A stretch of 64,000 bases of DNA from an uncultured Chloroflexia bacterium (GTDB lineage: Bacteria > Chloroflexota > Chloroflexia > Thermomicrobiales > UBA6265): positions 160,001 through 224,000 of the forward strand of contig CAVRUC010000002.1 of assembly GCA_963724295.1 (NCBI GenBank), read 5' to 3'. The translations under genes were made by a program, and so were the position numbers. Shown piece after piece: positions 19,631 to 30,595 of this stretch. Positions within the stretch are counted from its first letter, which is position 1; each line of letters begins with the position of its first letter. The notes beneath the pieces are model-generated. The model had not been told where the DNA came from, searched no databases, and was given only the letters and a program-made list of their open reading frames with translations.

Positions 19631-20974
19631 ATGGCGACAGAGGTCCGCGACCGCGCGGTTGAAACGCCGGGCAGCGCCGCTCACGAGCAGACCATCCAGC
19701 GCTATCGGGACTATGTGACGACGTCGTTCGTCGCCGCGATCGAGCCGGTCGCGGTCGGCAAGGCCGAAGGAGCCACCGTCTGGGACCAGGACGGCACCGA
19801 GTACGTCGACTGCTTCGCCGGTATCTCGGTGGTCAACGCCGGACACCGTCACCCAAAGGTGATCGCCGCCGCTAAGGCGCAGTTGGACGAGGTGGTCCAC
19901 GCGGCGACCTACATCTATCACGTCCCGATCGTCGGTCTCCTCGGCGAGCGCCTGGCCGAGATCGCCCCTGGCCGCTTGCAGAAGAGCTTCTTCGGCAACT
20001 CCGGCGCCGAGGGCATCGAGACGGCCATGCGCCTGGCCAAGGCCTACACCGGCAAGCACGAGTTCATCACCCTCACCCACTCCTTCCACGGACGCACGGC
20101 CGGCACCCTTTCCATCACCGGGAACAAGGCGCGCAAGACGCGCGGCGGGCCATACCTGCCCGGGATCGCCTTTGCTCCGGCGCCTTACGTTTACCGCAAC
20201 CCGTTTGGCGCTGACGATCCGGAAGAGGTCGCGGAGCGCTGCGCGGCGATGGTCGAGTGGGCGATCGACTACCAGTCGAGCGGAGACGTCGCCGCCTTCA
20301 TCGCCGAACCGGTGATGGGTGAGGGGGGCATCCTGGTACCCCCGGCGAGCTACTTCCGGCGGGTGAAGGAAGTCCTCGATCGTCATGGCATCCTCTTCAT
20401 CGCCGACGAGGTCCAATCGGGCTTCGGGCGCACCGGAAAAACCTTCGCCGTCGAGCACTTCGGGGTCGAGCCGGACATCATGGTTCTGGCCAAGGGGATC
20501 GCCGACGGCTTCCCCTTGAGCGCCACGATTGCGCCGCCGGAGATCGCCGATAGTCTCAAACCGGGCGAGCACCTCTCGACCTTTGGCGGCAACCCCGTCT
20601 CCTGCGCGGCCGGGCTGGCCAATATCGAGGTCATGCGGGAGGAGCGGCTGCCGGAAGAATCGGCACGGAAGGGCGAGCATGCGATGGCTCGCCTGCGCCA
20701 GATGGCCGAGCGTCACCCGCTGATCGGGGAGGTGCGTGGTCTCGGTCTGATGATCGGCGTCGAGCTGGTCAAGGACCGGACGACGAAGGAGCCGGCCGCC
20801 AAAGAAGCGGCCATGGTCCGCCGCCTGGCTCGCGAGGCCGGCGTGCTGATCGGCGTCGGCGGGCAGGGAGGGAACGTCGTCCGCATCCAGCCACCGCTGG
20901 TCATCGCCGACGCCGCGCTCGATCGCGCGCTCGACGTCGTGGACGACGCGCTGGGAGCCGTCAGCCGCATGTAA
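19631..20974 (+). CDS. Class III PLP aminotransferase (4-aminobutyrate aminotransferase-like)
   Basis: GNSGAEG, SFHGRT, FIAEPVMGEGG, FIADEVQSGFGRTG, PDIMVLAKGIADG, STFGGNP. Confidence 0.93.
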   Translation: MATEVRDRAVETPGSAAHEQTIQRYRDYVTTSFVAAIEPVAVGKAEGATVWDQDGTEYVDCFAGISVVNAGHRHPKVIAAAKAQLDEVVHAATYIYHVPIVGLLGERLAEIAPGRLQKSFFGNSGAEGIETAMRLAKAYTGKHEFITLTHSFHGRTAGTLSITGNKARKTRGGPYLPGIAFAPAPYVYRNPFGADDPEEVAERCAAMVEWAIDYQSSGDVAAFIAEPVMGEGGILVPPASYFRRVKEVLDRHGILFIADEVQSGFGRTGKTFAVEHFGVEPDIMVLAKGIADGFPLSATIAPPEIADSLKPGEHLSTFGGNPVSCAAGLANIEVMREERLPEESARKGEHAMARLRQMAERHPLIGEVRGLGLMIGVELVKDRTTKEPAAKEAAMVRRLAREAGVLIGVGGQGGNVVRIQPPLVIADAALDRALDVVDDALGAVSRM

Positions 20975-21056
20975 GACGGCCGGACGGCCAAACGGCGAGT
21001 ACGGACGGAAACTGCGCGTCGATTCCTGTCCATGCTGCTCGGAGAGGCAGATTACC

Positions 21057-21461
21057 GTGACTTACAGCGCTGATCCCCGCGTCGATGCCTACATCGATGC
21101 CCTGCCGGACTGGCAGCAAGCCATCTGCCGCGAGGTCCGCGATCTGGTGCACGCCGCGGATCCTGAAGTCGCCGAGACCATCAAGTTCGCGAACCGGCCG
21201 TACTTCGTCCTGCAGGGCAACGTCTGCGCGCTGCTGGCGGCGAAGGACCACGTCAACATCTTCCTCTACGACGGGGCGATGGTCCCTGATCCCGAGAAGA
21301 TCATTACCGGGGGCCACGAGAACACGACCGCGCGCACGGTGGCAATCGGTCAAGGTGAAACGCTCAACGCGCCCGCGCTTAGCGCGATGGTCAAACAGAT
21401 CATCGCCAACAACAGGGCTGGCGGCTGGCGGAAGCTCAAGCGCGAGAACCAGGTGCTCTAA
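21057..21461 (+). CDS. DUF1801/YdhG-like protein
   Basis: VDAYIDALPDWQQAICREVRDLVHAADPEVAETIK...PYF; GGAGAGG upstream. Confidence 0.88.
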   Translation: MTYSADPRVDAYIDALPDWQQAICREVRDLVHAADPEVAETIKFANRPYFVLQGNVCALLAAKDHVNIFLYDGAMVPDPEKIITGGHENTTARTVAIGQGETLNAPALSAMVKQIIANNRAGGWRKLKRENQVL

Positions 21462-21595
21462 AGCATTCAAACCGCCAAGCAGGTGGGGATTGGGTTCTGG
21501 AGTTCCATCCTACCGCCAAGGCGTAGTCGAGCACGGCATGCCGTGCCTCTACCGCTGTGCTCGACTCGGATTGCTCGCCATGAAGCCAAAAACCG

Positions 21596-21624
21596 TGGCA
21601 TAACACGACAATAAATGCTATAAT
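21596..21624 (+). promoter_or_regulatory. Sigma70-type promoter with extended -10
   Basis: TGGCAT-N17-TATAAT with TG one base upstream of the -10, in an AT-rich patch. Confidence 0.7.
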
Positions 21625-21766
21625 TGGACACAGTCAAAGGCGGTCTTCGGACACTCTTTCGAGGCGGCCAGGAGCAAGCGCCGATGCGTTTCCGCGCTGT
21701 CTGCCGATGCAAATCGGACGTGTAATGAGCCCTGGAATTAGACGTAGAACTCATATGGAAAAGGAC

Positions 21767-22114
21767 ATGCGACGAGCTACCACAAACCGACATACCGCAA
21801 AGCGCCTGGATGCCATGATCTCCCTCCCTCTGGCAAGGTTTCGCCGGGCGCTCGCCGAGCTGACGCCAGACGAGCTCTCGGCACTGGAGGCGCGGATCGC
21901 CCAGCAGAGCGTCAAGAGTCGCTGGGCACGTGGCGGTCACGGCGTCGCCCGGCATCGCTCGCTGCACGAGCTTGCGCTGCTGGCGCGACGGCAGGACGAG
22001 ACGCGGCGCGAGCGGCAGGCCCGGCGCGGAGCCGTGGCGCAGCTTCGCCTCGTCGAGAATGCTCCCACGATGCGCGAGATGCGGACGGCGGAACTGGAAG
22101 AGCGCGCGGCCTGA
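21767..22114 (+). CDS. Hypothetical Arg/Glu-rich helical protein
   Basis: Only long ORF downstream of the strong promoter; coiled-coil-like composition; start uncertain. Confidence 0.65.
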   Translation: MRRATTNRHTAKRLDAMISLPLARFRRALAELTPDELSALEARIAQQSVKSRWARGGHGVARHRSLHELALLARRQDETRRERQARRGAVAQLRLVENAPTMREMRTAELEERAA

Positions 22115-22123
22115 TCGCGCCGC

Positions 22124-23023
22124 TCAACCGGTAGCGGAGTCGCCGATCCTGGCCGTTTCCCGGCGCCGGCGCTTGGCGACCTTGCCGAAAGCGTGCGTTG
22201 CCGACTGCGCTCGCAACTCCGGGAGCAGCTTCTCATAGGGCATCTTGGTCGTGGCTGAGCTCATCAGCAGGGCCGAGCCGAGCCGCACCGCCGCGTGGTT
22301 GAGCCACGGCCAGCGAAAGCCGTAGAGATCCCGCATCGGCGGCGTCAGCAGGTCGGCGGCGGCTCGCGTCATGACGAGCTGCACGAGTCCTTCCGGTGTG
22401 ACTGGCAGCCGTGGCGGGACCATCATCTCCCGCATCAACTTCGTTTCGGTGACGTAGGCGAGGTGAGGCAGCATGCTGGTCATATAGGCATCCAGCTCGG
22501 CGGCGGTTCCCGGGGCGGTCCCGGGGTCGAGCCCCACCAGCCGCGCCGAAGCGCGCTGCTCCTCGACGAACCGGTCGCGCTCACCTATGGATACCGCCGG
22601 GCCCCAGCGCTCGCAGGCGGTCAGAATCCCCCAGACCAGCGTGCAATGGACCCACATCAGCAGATCCGGTTCATTCGGGGTGTAGGTCTCGCCGCTGATC
22701 GGGTCGACCGCCTGCCGGTGGGCGTGAATGCGGCGCAAGACCTCCCCCGCTCGCTCCGCCGCCTCCGTATCGCCATAGGTGATTGTGTTGATGTACTCCG
22801 CCGTCAGCCGCCCCCGCTCCTCGGGGTCCTCGCGAACATTTGACGCCTGATCGATCATGCGCATGACCCGCGGGTGCAGCATCTGCATCAGGACGGCGGT
22901 CGCGCCGCCGACCGCCGCCGACGGACTCGCCATCAAGCGCCAGGTAACGCTATCCGGGCCGAACAACCCGTCGTCCTTTGGCTGATTGCCATTCGGGATG
23001 TCGATCGGCCGGCTGCTTGCCAT
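22124..23023 (-). CDS. MpaB/DUF2236 oxygenase-family protein
   Basis: GLFGPDSVTWR, LMQMLHP, RRIH, PDLLMWVHCTL. Confidence 0.9.
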   Translation of the reverse strand: MASSRPIDIPNGNQPKDDGLFGPDSVTWRLMASPSAAVGGATAVLMQMLHPRVMRMIDQASNVREDPEERGRLTAEYINTITYGDTEAAERAGEVLRRIHAHRQAVDPISGETYTPNEPDLLMWVHCTLVWGILTACERWGPAVSIGERDRFVEEQRASARLVGLDPGTAPGTAAELDAYMTSMLPHLAYVTETKLMREMMVPPRLPVTPEGLVQLVMTRAAADLLTPPMRDLYGFRWPWLNHAAVRLGSALLMSSATTKMPYEKLLPELRAQSATHAFGKVAKRRRRETARIGDSATG

Positions 23024-23354
23024 CGTCTCCGCTCCCTGCTTCATCCCGGACCGCGCGTCTTGAGACGCGTCCCGCTCCGGCGGCGCACGTGCACTCCGCT
23101 GGAGCGCCTCAGATCCATCTCCATCCGCATACCGGGATCATCGCAAACCTCGAGGAAACATGTGTCTCTGTGTTCGCGATATGCCATTGCATCGATCCCG
23201 GAGGCAGCGAGCGGACGGTGACCGCTTGTTGGGGTGTATGCCGGCTCCGCCGAAACGGGAGATCGCTTGAGTCGCATGCCTCACGCGCTTGGTCGCTCAG
23301 TGCGGGTGGGAGCAGTGATCGCCTTCTCGGCGCTGACCAGAAACGCGATGAAGC

Positions 23355-24143
23355 TCATGGGTTCATACCAGGGATGCCGGTAGCCGTATCGATCTCCGCG
23401 AGGACGAGCTCCATTGCCGTCGGCTCGATCGCCGAGACTCCCTCGAAGGGCTTGCCGAGCTGGAACTGCAGCAGCAGCAGGAGTGCGACGAGCACGGCCA
23501 GGCCGGCGATCATCAACGCGTGGATCCGCCCGTTGTCGACGGCAAAGAGGTAGGCGAAGCCGATGGTGACAACCGCGCCGATGACGAGGATCACCGCCAT
23601 CGAAATCGGCAGACCCTCCTGGCCGAAAAGCAAACGGTTGCGGCGGGCCTCGCCGAGGTCGTCGAGTTGGAGCAATGCGACCTCATAGCTCGCGCTCTTC
23701 GCGGCAGCGGATGCGTCGGCCCCATTCAATGCCTGCCAGAGCTGATTCATGGTCACGACATCGGCTGTTGGACCAAAATCACCTTGCGCCATCGCCGGCC
23801 ATTCGACGTCGACTACCTGTCTCGCGTAGGTAACCAGGGCGGACTCGACCTCGGCGCGATCGCCGGCCGGCCATCCGTTCGCCGCCCGTGCCAGATTGAG
23901 TACGGCACTCGCTTCGTCAGCGACCGCCGCCCGAGCGTCCCGGTATTCCTCCCACGCCGCAATGACGACGAGGGCCAGAACTACGGCGTAGATCACCCCG
24001 ATGACGGCGTAGACATATCCGGCAACCTCGGTGTGCTGGGCCAGCTGGTCGGCCGGCGCGAACCGGCGCACGAGCGCTAACCCGATCAGCGAAACCAGCA
24101 CAGCGACGAGAACGATCAACGCAACGGTGATGGTCTCGTTCAT
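23355..24143 (-). CDS. DUF4239 (bestrophin-like) membrane protein
   Basis: GVIYAVVLALVVIAAWEEY...EA, YARQVVDVEWPAM, ARRNR, PFEG; AAGGAGG RBS. Confidence 0.88.
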   Translation of the reverse strand: MNETITVALIVLVAVLVSLIGLALVRRFAPADQLAQHTEVAGYVYAVIGVIYAVVLALVVIAAWEEYRDARAAVADEASAVLNLARAANGWPAGDRAEVESALVTYARQVVDVEWPAMAQGDFGPTADVVTMNQLWQALNGADASAAAKSASYEVALLQLDDLGEARRNRLLFGQEGLPISMAVILVIGAVVTIGFAYLFAVDNGRIHALMIAGLAVLVALLLLLQFQLGKPFEGVSAIEPTAMELVLAEIDTATGIPGMNP

Positions 24144-24574
24144 CTCGCGGCTGACCTCCTTCTCCCTCGGCGATCCCCAATTCCGACCCGATCATCGCAT
24201 TGCGCGGGTAACCTGAGCGGCTGTGCCGCGGGCCATGCTCGCCGTCGGTTGCGCCATGCACCGGAACATGGCCTGCGGGCGTTTGTCTGCCGCGGGGACC
24301 GTGATCACGCCAGCGGCACAGGCAGCCGGTGCGCACGCGATCATTGACCTGGGCAGTGCGATCTCACAAACCATGTCCGCGTGCGTCATATCGTGAAGAG
24401 GGAAGCGATTCCCGCGATTTGCCATGCCCCATGAGGCTCGCTGCGCAGCGGCATGCCGCGAGAGCGTGACCGGGTTCACCGTCTTCCGCGATGTCGATTC
24501 TGGCCCCTCCTGAACGACTACTGAATGGAAAAGCAATGCCCTATCGGCACGGTAGAGAACCGCAGGAGGAACGC

Positions 24575-26152
24575 GTGGACCGACAAGCAATTGACGACAT
24601 CTTCGGACCTGTCATAGCCAGGAACGAGCACGCGCTCCTCTCGGACGATCCAGCATTCCGGGGAGCGATTTCTGCCGAGCCACTGACCCAACTGGAGATC
24701 GTGGCTCAGGCTCGCCAGAACAGTGACGCTGAAGAATCCCAGCCAGGGGCCAGCGCGGCCGGTACCGCCCTCGAGCCCATGGCGATCGAGCCGATGACGC
24801 AGCGTCGCGTGCTGACGCTGGCCACGCCAATCATCGGCGAGAATCTGCTCCAGACCCTGGTTGGCGCAGTCGACACGTTCATGGTGGCGCGTCTCGGTGC
24901 GGCGGCTGTCGCCGGCGTCGGGATTGGCTTCGAGCTGGTCTTCTTCATCATCTCGATCCTCTCCGCCATCGACATCGGCGCCACGGTTCTGGTCTCGCAA
25001 GCCATCGGCGCCGGCCAGCAGGAGCGTGCCAACCGGCTCGCTCGCCAGGCCATCGTCTGGGGGCTTCTGCTGGCCGTCCCAGTCTCGATCGGGATGTTTG
25101 CCGCGGCCCCGACCGTCATCAGCCTCTTTGGCGCCGAGCCTGACGTGACGGCGGCGGCGACGACCTACCTGCAGGTCACCGCCGCGACGAGCGTCGCGCT
25201 CTTTCTCTCGTTCGTCTGCGGAGCGGTGCTGCGCGGGGCCGGGGACAGTCGCACGCCGCTGCAGGCGGCGGTGCTGGCCAACGTCGTGAACGTCATCGTC
25301 GCCTACGTGCTCATCTTCGGTCACCTCGGATTTCCGGCCCTCGGCGTTGCCGGCAGCGCGCTCGGTGCCGCGGCCGGCCGTTCCCTGGGCGCCGCGTACA
25401 TGCTGCTGGTGATGGCGCGGGGTCGCAAGGCGATCTCGCTCAGCGGGAGCTGGGGCTGGCGGCCGCGCCTGACCACGGCCCGGCAACTGCTGACGCTGGG
25501 CGTCCCCGCCGCCATGGAGCAAGTGCTCTCCTCAGGCGCGTTCATGGTCCTGGTTGGCGTCGTGTCCCTGATCGGCACTCACGCCCTGGCGGCGCAACAG
25601 ATCACCTTCACCGCGCTCTCGCTGGCCTTCCTCCCGGCCTTCGGCTTCTCCATCGCCGCGACCGCGCTGGTCGGCCAGAGCATCGGCGCGCGAGTGCCGG
25701 CCGACGCCAGGAAAGCGTCGCGGATCGCGCTGCGCTGGGCGCTGATCTGGATGGCGACCGGCGGTGTCCTCACGTTCCTCTTCAGCGACCGCGTGATTGG
25801 CGTCTTTTCGGCCGATCCGGCCGTGATCGAGTCCGGAACTGCAGCGTTGCGCGCGTTGAGCGTTGCGCTCCCGTTCTGGGCGCTCTGGTTCGTCAGTAGC
25901 GGCAGCCTGCGCGGGAGCGGCGATACCCGGACACCGCTGTTCATCGGCGCCTCGACGATGTGGCTGTCGGTGCTGATCGCCTGGATCGCGGTGCGCTGGT
26001 TCGACGCCGGGTTGGGAACGGTCTGGCTCGCCTTCGTCCTGACCACGGCGCCGGCGTCGGTGCTGATGTGGTGGGTCTATCGCCGGCGCATCGCCGACTT
26101 CGAGCAAGGGCGGCGAGAGATTCCTGATCTCGCCGCCGCCCCCGGGCATTGA
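24575..26152 (+). CDS. MATE family efflux transporter
   Basis: LATPII.ENL.QT..GAVDTFMV, duplicated LRG(A/S)GD(S/T)RTPL, ~12 TM helices; AGGAGG before GTG 24575. Confidence 0.93.
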   Translation: MDRQAIDDIFGPVIARNEHALLSDDPAFRGAISAEPLTQLEIVAQARQNSDAEESQPGASAAGTALEPMAIEPMTQRRVLTLATPIIGENLLQTLVGAVDTFMVARLGAAAVAGVGIGFELVFFIISILSAIDIGATVLVSQAIGAGQQERANRLARQAIVWGLLLAVPVSIGMFAAAPTVISLFGAEPDVTAAATTYLQVTAATSVALFLSFVCGAVLRGAGDSRTPLQAAVLANVVNVIVAYVLIFGHLGFPALGVAGSALGAAAGRSLGAAYMLLVMARGRKAISLSGSWGWRPRLTTARQLLTLGVPAAMEQVLSSGAFMVLVGVVSLIGTHALAAQQITFTALSLAFLPAFGFSIAATALVGQSIGARVPADARKASRIALRWALIWMATGGVLTFLFSDRVIGVFSADPAVIESGTAALRALSVALPFWALWFVSSGSLRGSGDTRTPLFIGASTMWLSVLIAWIAVRWFDAGLGTVWLAFVLTTAPASVLMWWVYRRRIADFEQGRREIPDLAAAPGH

Positions 26153-26167
26153 GGGAACGACTTGACG

Positions 26168-26260
26168 GCTATCGGCTCTCAGCTATCGGTCTTTTCTCGT
26201 CCTAGCCGTCTAGCCGTCTACTCACCGTACTTCACCGACTTACCGACTTACCGACTTCCG
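26168..26260. repeat. Intergenic GCTATC / TAGCCGTC / TTACCGAC repeat array
   Basis: Directly visible between convergent genes. Confidence 0.8.
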
Positions 26261-27139
26261 TTCCCCAAGCACGTCGTCGATGATTCGTCGCGACGTGCTT
26301 GCGGCAAGGGCATTCGTGCCTGGGAGGGCAGCGAGGGTAATCAGGGCCTTCCATAGGTTCCACCCACGTCCGCGGGCCCAGGTCGCATCGTCGAGCGGAA
26401 GTGCCGCGCGGAACGTCTCCCGGCTTTCTCCAGAAAAAAGCGTCCAGGCGATCGCCAGATCGCACGCGGGATCGCCTACACCCGAGCTTCCGAAATCGAT
26501 AACCGCGCTCAGCTGGCCCTTCTCGACGAGGAGATTCCCGGCGGCGACGTCGCCGTGGACCCAGACCGGCGAACCGCGCCACGTCGCCGCCAGCGCTTCC
26601 TCCCAGACCGCGGTCGCGGCGTCGGTATCGATACTGCCCTCGAGGGCGGCAATCGCCTGCCGGGTCTCTCCGTCGTAGACGGTCAGCGGTCCACCGCGAT
26701 AGAAATTGTGCGGTCCGGGCGGAGGCCCCCCAGTAGCGTCGATCTGGTACAGGGCGACGAGGAAGTCCGCCAGATCAAGCGCGAATTGGCGGAGATCGGC
26801 GATTCCCTCGATCGTGGCAATCTCACCATCGAGCCACCGGTAGACCGACCAATGCCAGGGATACCCATCGCCCGGCTGTCCCATCGCCAGCGGGACCGGG
26901 ATGGGCAACGGCAGGTGCGGCGCGAGTCTGGGCAACCAGCGCTGTTCTTTTTCCACTTGCAGGGCATAGGCCGCCGCACTCGGGAGCCGCACTGTCATCT
27001 GCTCGCCCAGGTGAAACGTCCGGTTATCCCAACCACCGACGTCAACCGGCCTGATGGGAAGGTGGGCCCACTCCGGAAACTGCGTGGCGACCAGCCGGCT
27101 CACGAGCGAGACGCCGATCGGAAACTTGTCGGGATGCAT
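26240..27139 (-). CDS. Aminoglycoside phosphotransferase (APH)-family kinase
   Basis: GWDNRTFHLG, VRLP, HGDVAAGNLL, VIDFG, GDPACDL; ATG 27139. Confidence 0.92.
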   Translation of the reverse strand: MHPDKFPIGVSLVSRLVATQFPEWAHLPIRPVDVGGWDNRTFHLGEQMTVRLPSAAAYALQVEKEQRWLPRLAPHLPLPIPVPLAMGQPGDGYPWHWSVYRWLDGEIATIEGIADLRQFALDLADFLVALYQIDATGGPPPGPHNFYRGGPLTVYDGETRQAIAALEGSIDTDAATAVWEEALAATWRGSPVWVHGDVAAGNLLVEKGQLSAVIDFGSSGVGDPACDLAIAWTLFSGESRETFRAALPLDDATWARGRGWNLWKALITLAALPGTNALAASTSRRIIDDVLGERKSVSR

Positions 27140-27164
27140 GATTTCAGCGGCCTCGTCGTGGCAC

Positions 27165-27650
27165 TCAGAGGCGCCGGTACATGATGTGCAGGCCAACCCG
27201 GCCCAGCGTCGGGTGTGCGAACGCCTCGGGAACGGTGCCGATGATCTGAAATCCAAGCTCCTGCCAGAGCCGCACGGCGGCCAGGTTTGACTCGACGACG
27301 GCGTTGAACTGCATCGCGGCGTACCCCTGCTCTTTGGCCCAGGAGAGCGCGTACTCGCCAAGTGCGCGCCCGGCTCCCCGGCCCCGCGCATCGGCGGCGA
27401 CCATGAAGCTGGCGGTGGCCACGTGTGCACCCCGACCGGGACGATTCGGTCCCATTTTCGCCGTTCCGAGCACTCGTGATCCCTCGCAGGCGACGACCGT
27501 GTGGCCCGGCGGCGCCTCGACCCATACCTCTCGCGCCTGCTCGGATGACCAGTCCGGGTCGTACGTGTAGGTTTCGCCGGCGACGACGACCTCCTGGAAG
27601 ATCATCCAGACGAACGGCCAATCGTCGTCTGAGTATTCCCGAATCTGCAC
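27165..27650 (-). CDS. GNAT N-acetyltransferase
   Basis: ARGRGAGRAL, GYAAMQFNAVVESN..AVRLWQELGF. Confidence 0.92.
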   Translation of the reverse strand: MQIREYSDDDWPFVWMIFQEVVVAGETYTYDPDWSSEQAREVWVEAPPGHTVVACEGSRVLGTAKMGPNRPGRGAHVATASFMVAADARGRGAGRALGEYALSWAKEQGYAAMQFNAVVESNLAAVRLWQELGFQIIGTVPEAFAHPTLGRVGLHIMYRRL

Positions 27651-27696
27651 CGCGATACCCTTTTCCTAGCGCCGGGAGCGAGCAAGCGTGATTCCG

Positions 27697-28233
27697 TTAT
27701 GAGATTCGAGTCCCGTCGGTCAGATCGTAGCGGAAGAAGAGCCAGCGATCGTGGAGCTCCACCGGGATCTCGCTCTCGGGGTACGGATCGCACAGCTGGA
27801 AACCGGCGGCAGGGTAGAGCCGGCGGGCTGCGGGCATGAGCCCGTCGGTGTCCAGGCGGACCTCCTGGTAGCCCGCTTGCCGTGCCGCGGCCAGCAGTGC
27901 GTCGAGCAGTTTTCGGCTGAGGCCGCGACCCCGCACCTCGGGCCGCACGTACATCCGCTTGATCTCTGCGACACCGGGACCAAGCGGCCGAAGCCCGCCG
28001 CAGCCCAGGACGGTCTCGCCCTCAGCTACCAGCAATAACCGTCCCGCGGGCGGGGCGAACTGCGACAGTTGACTCATCACGGCGACGGTAGCGGCGGCAA
28101 TGTCTTGCTCGATGCCAAACGCTCGATCGAGGCGCGCTGTGCCCTCCGCGAGGTAGGCGGTCAACAGCTCCCGAAGATCCGCCTCGTGCGCTTCTGGAAC
28201 AAAAGCGACCAACTCGACCACGCCGCCCCTCAA
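27697..28233 (-). CDS. GNAT N-acetyltransferase
   Basis: AEIKRMYVRPEVRGRGLSRKL, VRLDT, ARRLY...GF; start uncertain. Confidence 0.88.
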   Translation of the reverse strand: MRGGVVELVAFVPEAHEADLRELLTAYLAEGTARLDRAFGIEQDIAAATVAVMSQLSQFAPPAGRLLLVAEGETVLGCGGLRPLGPGVAEIKRMYVRPEVRGRGLSRKLLDALLAAARQAGYQEVRLDTDGLMPAARRLYPAAGFQLCDPYPESEIPVELHDRWLFFRYDLTDGTRIS

Positions 28234-28386
28234 CTACGCTCGGTTCGCTCCCGGCCTCATAGTCCAAGAGCGACCTGCCAAGCGGGAGCATCCGAGGAGT
28301 CCGTCGTGCCACAGCCCATGGCTGCGATGAGGGTAGCGTATCGTGCCGGCGACAATGCCCGCCCGGATATTGAACGGTACGAGCCG

Positions 28387-30342
28387 CTATCCGACGTGAA
28401 CGACCGGGCGTCGTGCCGGGTCGGGCTCAGCCTTGCGGAGGATCTCCCGTGTGGTCGGGGCGATGTCGCCTTCACCGAAGAAGATGAACCGTGCCAGATA
28501 CTTCAGGGGATTGCCTTCCGCCCAGCCGAAATACGCATGAGGCGGCTTGCGCATGCGGTCGCGAATGGCGAGGAGGACGGCCGCGAGCGTGTTGGGGACC
28601 GCGGTTCCCTCGGCCCGGAGCACGCGGAACCCGCCGATCTCTTCACCGCAGACGCGAACTGGTGCGGCGAACTCCGAAGCGTCGCGCACCGTCACTTCGA
28701 GAAAGACTATGGGATCTCCCAGGGGGATGTGACTCGCTTCGCGCTCCCCTCGTTCCTTCAATAGGTACTCCCGCGTGGTTCGCTCGTCCGGATGATTGGC
28801 GATGAAACGCATGGTGCCCCGGGGGCTGGCTTCGGCAACCCAGCGCTCGGCCGTCTCGTCAAAGTCGACGGCGCTGGTACGCAGCTCGGTCGAGCGGAGC
28901 GCGCGGGAGATGAGCGAGACGATGACGATGGCGGCGATGAAGAAACTGGCGATCTTGATGCCGTCTGGCCGCTCGATGACGTTGGCGACGAGGGTGTAGG
29001 CGAAAACGAGCGCAATCACCGCGAATGCCCCCGTCAGCAATCGCTGCTGGGCCTTTCGTGCAGCCAGGGTGACTGCCACGGCGGCCGACGTGATCAGTAC
29101 CAGGACACCGGTGGCGTAAGCGCCGGCTTGCGCCTCGACGTCGGCGCGAAAGATCAGGGTGATCATGAATGCGAGCAGTGTGAATACGAGCACCAACGGT
29201 CGAGTGGCGTGCGCCCAGTCCGGCGCCATGCCGTAGCGCGGCAGATAGCGGGGCACGATGTTGAGCAAGCCGGCCATCGCCGAGGCGCCGGCAAACCAGA
29301 GGATCAGGATCGTGGAGACGTCGTAGGCGGTGCCGAAGCCATCACCCAGAAACTCGTGCGCCAGAAAGGCGAGGGCGCGGCCTGACGCCTCGCCACCCTC
29401 CTCGAACTCTTCATGGGGGATGAGCAGGGTGGTGACGAAGCTGGTGGTGATAAGGAAGCCGCTCATGATCAGCGCGGCAGAGGTGAGGAGCTTCTGGGTA
29501 TTGCGAATGCGGCCCGCGGGGTGCCCGGCTGCATCCGTGGGGTTCCCCTTGACCAAAGGCATCACTGCCACCCCGGTCTCAAACCCGGAAAGACCCAGTG
29601 CCAATCGAGGGAAGACAAGGAGGGCGACTGCCACCATCATGATCGGGCTGCCGTGCTGGGTGAAGAGCGCCTCGCGCCAGTTGCCGAGCACACCCGGGTT
29701 CGCCAAAACGTGTTGCAAGCTGACCGCCACCACCACCGCGTTGAGTCCGAGATAGATGACCACCAGCGCCACGGCGATGCCAATCGCCTCCTTAAAGCCT
29801 TTCAGGAAGACTCCACCCAGGATGGCGATGAGGACAAGGGTGATCGCGACCTGGTGATCCTTCAGCACCGGCGGCAGGAACGGGTTCTCCAGAACGTGCG
29901 CGGTGGCATCGGCGGCGGAGAGGGTGATGGTGACGATGAAGTCGGTGGCGACGAACCCCAGGAGCACCAGCACGAAGAGTTTGCCCTGCCACCAGGGGAG
30001 CAACCGCTCCAGCATGGCAATCGAGCCTTCGCCACGGGGGCTTTCTGCAGCGACGCGGCGGTAGACGGGTAATGCGCCAAACAACGTGAGCAGGACGAGG
30101 ATGAAGGTGGCGACTGGCGAGAGCACTCCAGCCGCCAACGCGGCGATGCCGGGCTGATAGCCGAGGGTGGAGAAGTAATCGACCCCCGTCAGGCACATCA
30201 CCTGCCACCAGGGATGCTGGTGGTGTGGCCGTGAAGACTCGTAGGGACCTTCCATCTCCTGCGGCTGATCGTGCAGTAACCAGTGAGAAAGGGGGCGGGG
30301 CTGCCTCGTCGGGAGGCTTGGCGCAACCCGCATTGTGGCCAT
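28387..30342 (-). CDS. APC-superfamily transporter (candidate KimA-like K+ or amino acid importer)
   Basis: About 12 TM helices, [25 protein letters not shown], cytoplasmic C-terminal domain; GGAG RBS before ATG 30342; divergent from kdpDE-like genes. Confidence 0.85.
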   Translation of the reverse strand: MATMRVAPSLPTRQPRPLSHWLLHDQPQEMEGPYESSRPHHQHPWWQVMCLTGVDYFSTLGYQPGIAALAAGVLSPVATFILVLLTLFGALPVYRRVAAESPRGEGSIAMLERLLPWWQGKLFVLVLLGFVATDFIVTITLSAADATAHVLENPFLPPVLKDHQVAITLVLIAILGGVFLKGFKEAIGIAVALVVIYLGLNAVVVAVSLQHVLANPGVLGNWREALFTQHGSPIMMVAVALLVFPRLALGLSGFETGVAVMPLVKGNPTDAAGHPAGRIRNTQKLLTSAALIMSGFLITTSFVTTLLIPHEEFEEGGEASGRALAFLAHEFLGDGFGTAYDVSTILILWFAGASAMAGLLNIVPRYLPRYGMAPDWAHATRPLVLVFTLLAFMITLIFRADVEAQAGAYATGVLVLITSAAVAVTLAARKAQQRLLTGAFAVIALVFAYTLVANVIERPDGIKIASFFIAAIVIVSLISRALRSTELRTSAVDFDETAERWVAEASPRGTMRFIANHPDERTTREYLLKERGEREASHIPLGDPIVFLEVTVRDASEFAAPVRVCGEEIGGFRVLRAEGTAVPNTLAAVLLAIRDRMRKPPHAYFGWAEGNPLKYLARFIFFGEGDIAPTTREILRKAEPDPARRPVVHVG

Positions 30343-30429
30343 GAGTTCTCCGCTGACACCGCCAGCATGCTGAAAGCGAGTATGCGAAACAGCGCCCAAT
30401 GTGCGCCCCGAGTCCGGGCACGATCAGCG

Positions 30430-30495
30430 AGCGTACTGGCAGGGGCCTTAGAGCTGCGTATGAATCAGGCGCCTGGATGTTAGAAAATCGTTAGA
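30430..30495 (-). promoter_or_regulatory. Candidate KdpE-type four-box operator plus -10 for the APC transporter
   Basis: Minus strand TCTAAC-N5-TCTAAC-N16-CATACG-N4-TCTAAG-N11-TACGCT; spacing identical to 32996-33061. Confidence 0.75.
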
Positions 30496-30595
30496 ACTTC
30501 AGTCATTCAGACGGCAATGCTGGGGAACACGAAGCCCACGCACGGTATCGTTTGCTCCAGTGACGCATAAAGAACATGAACGTCACACCAGAGAG

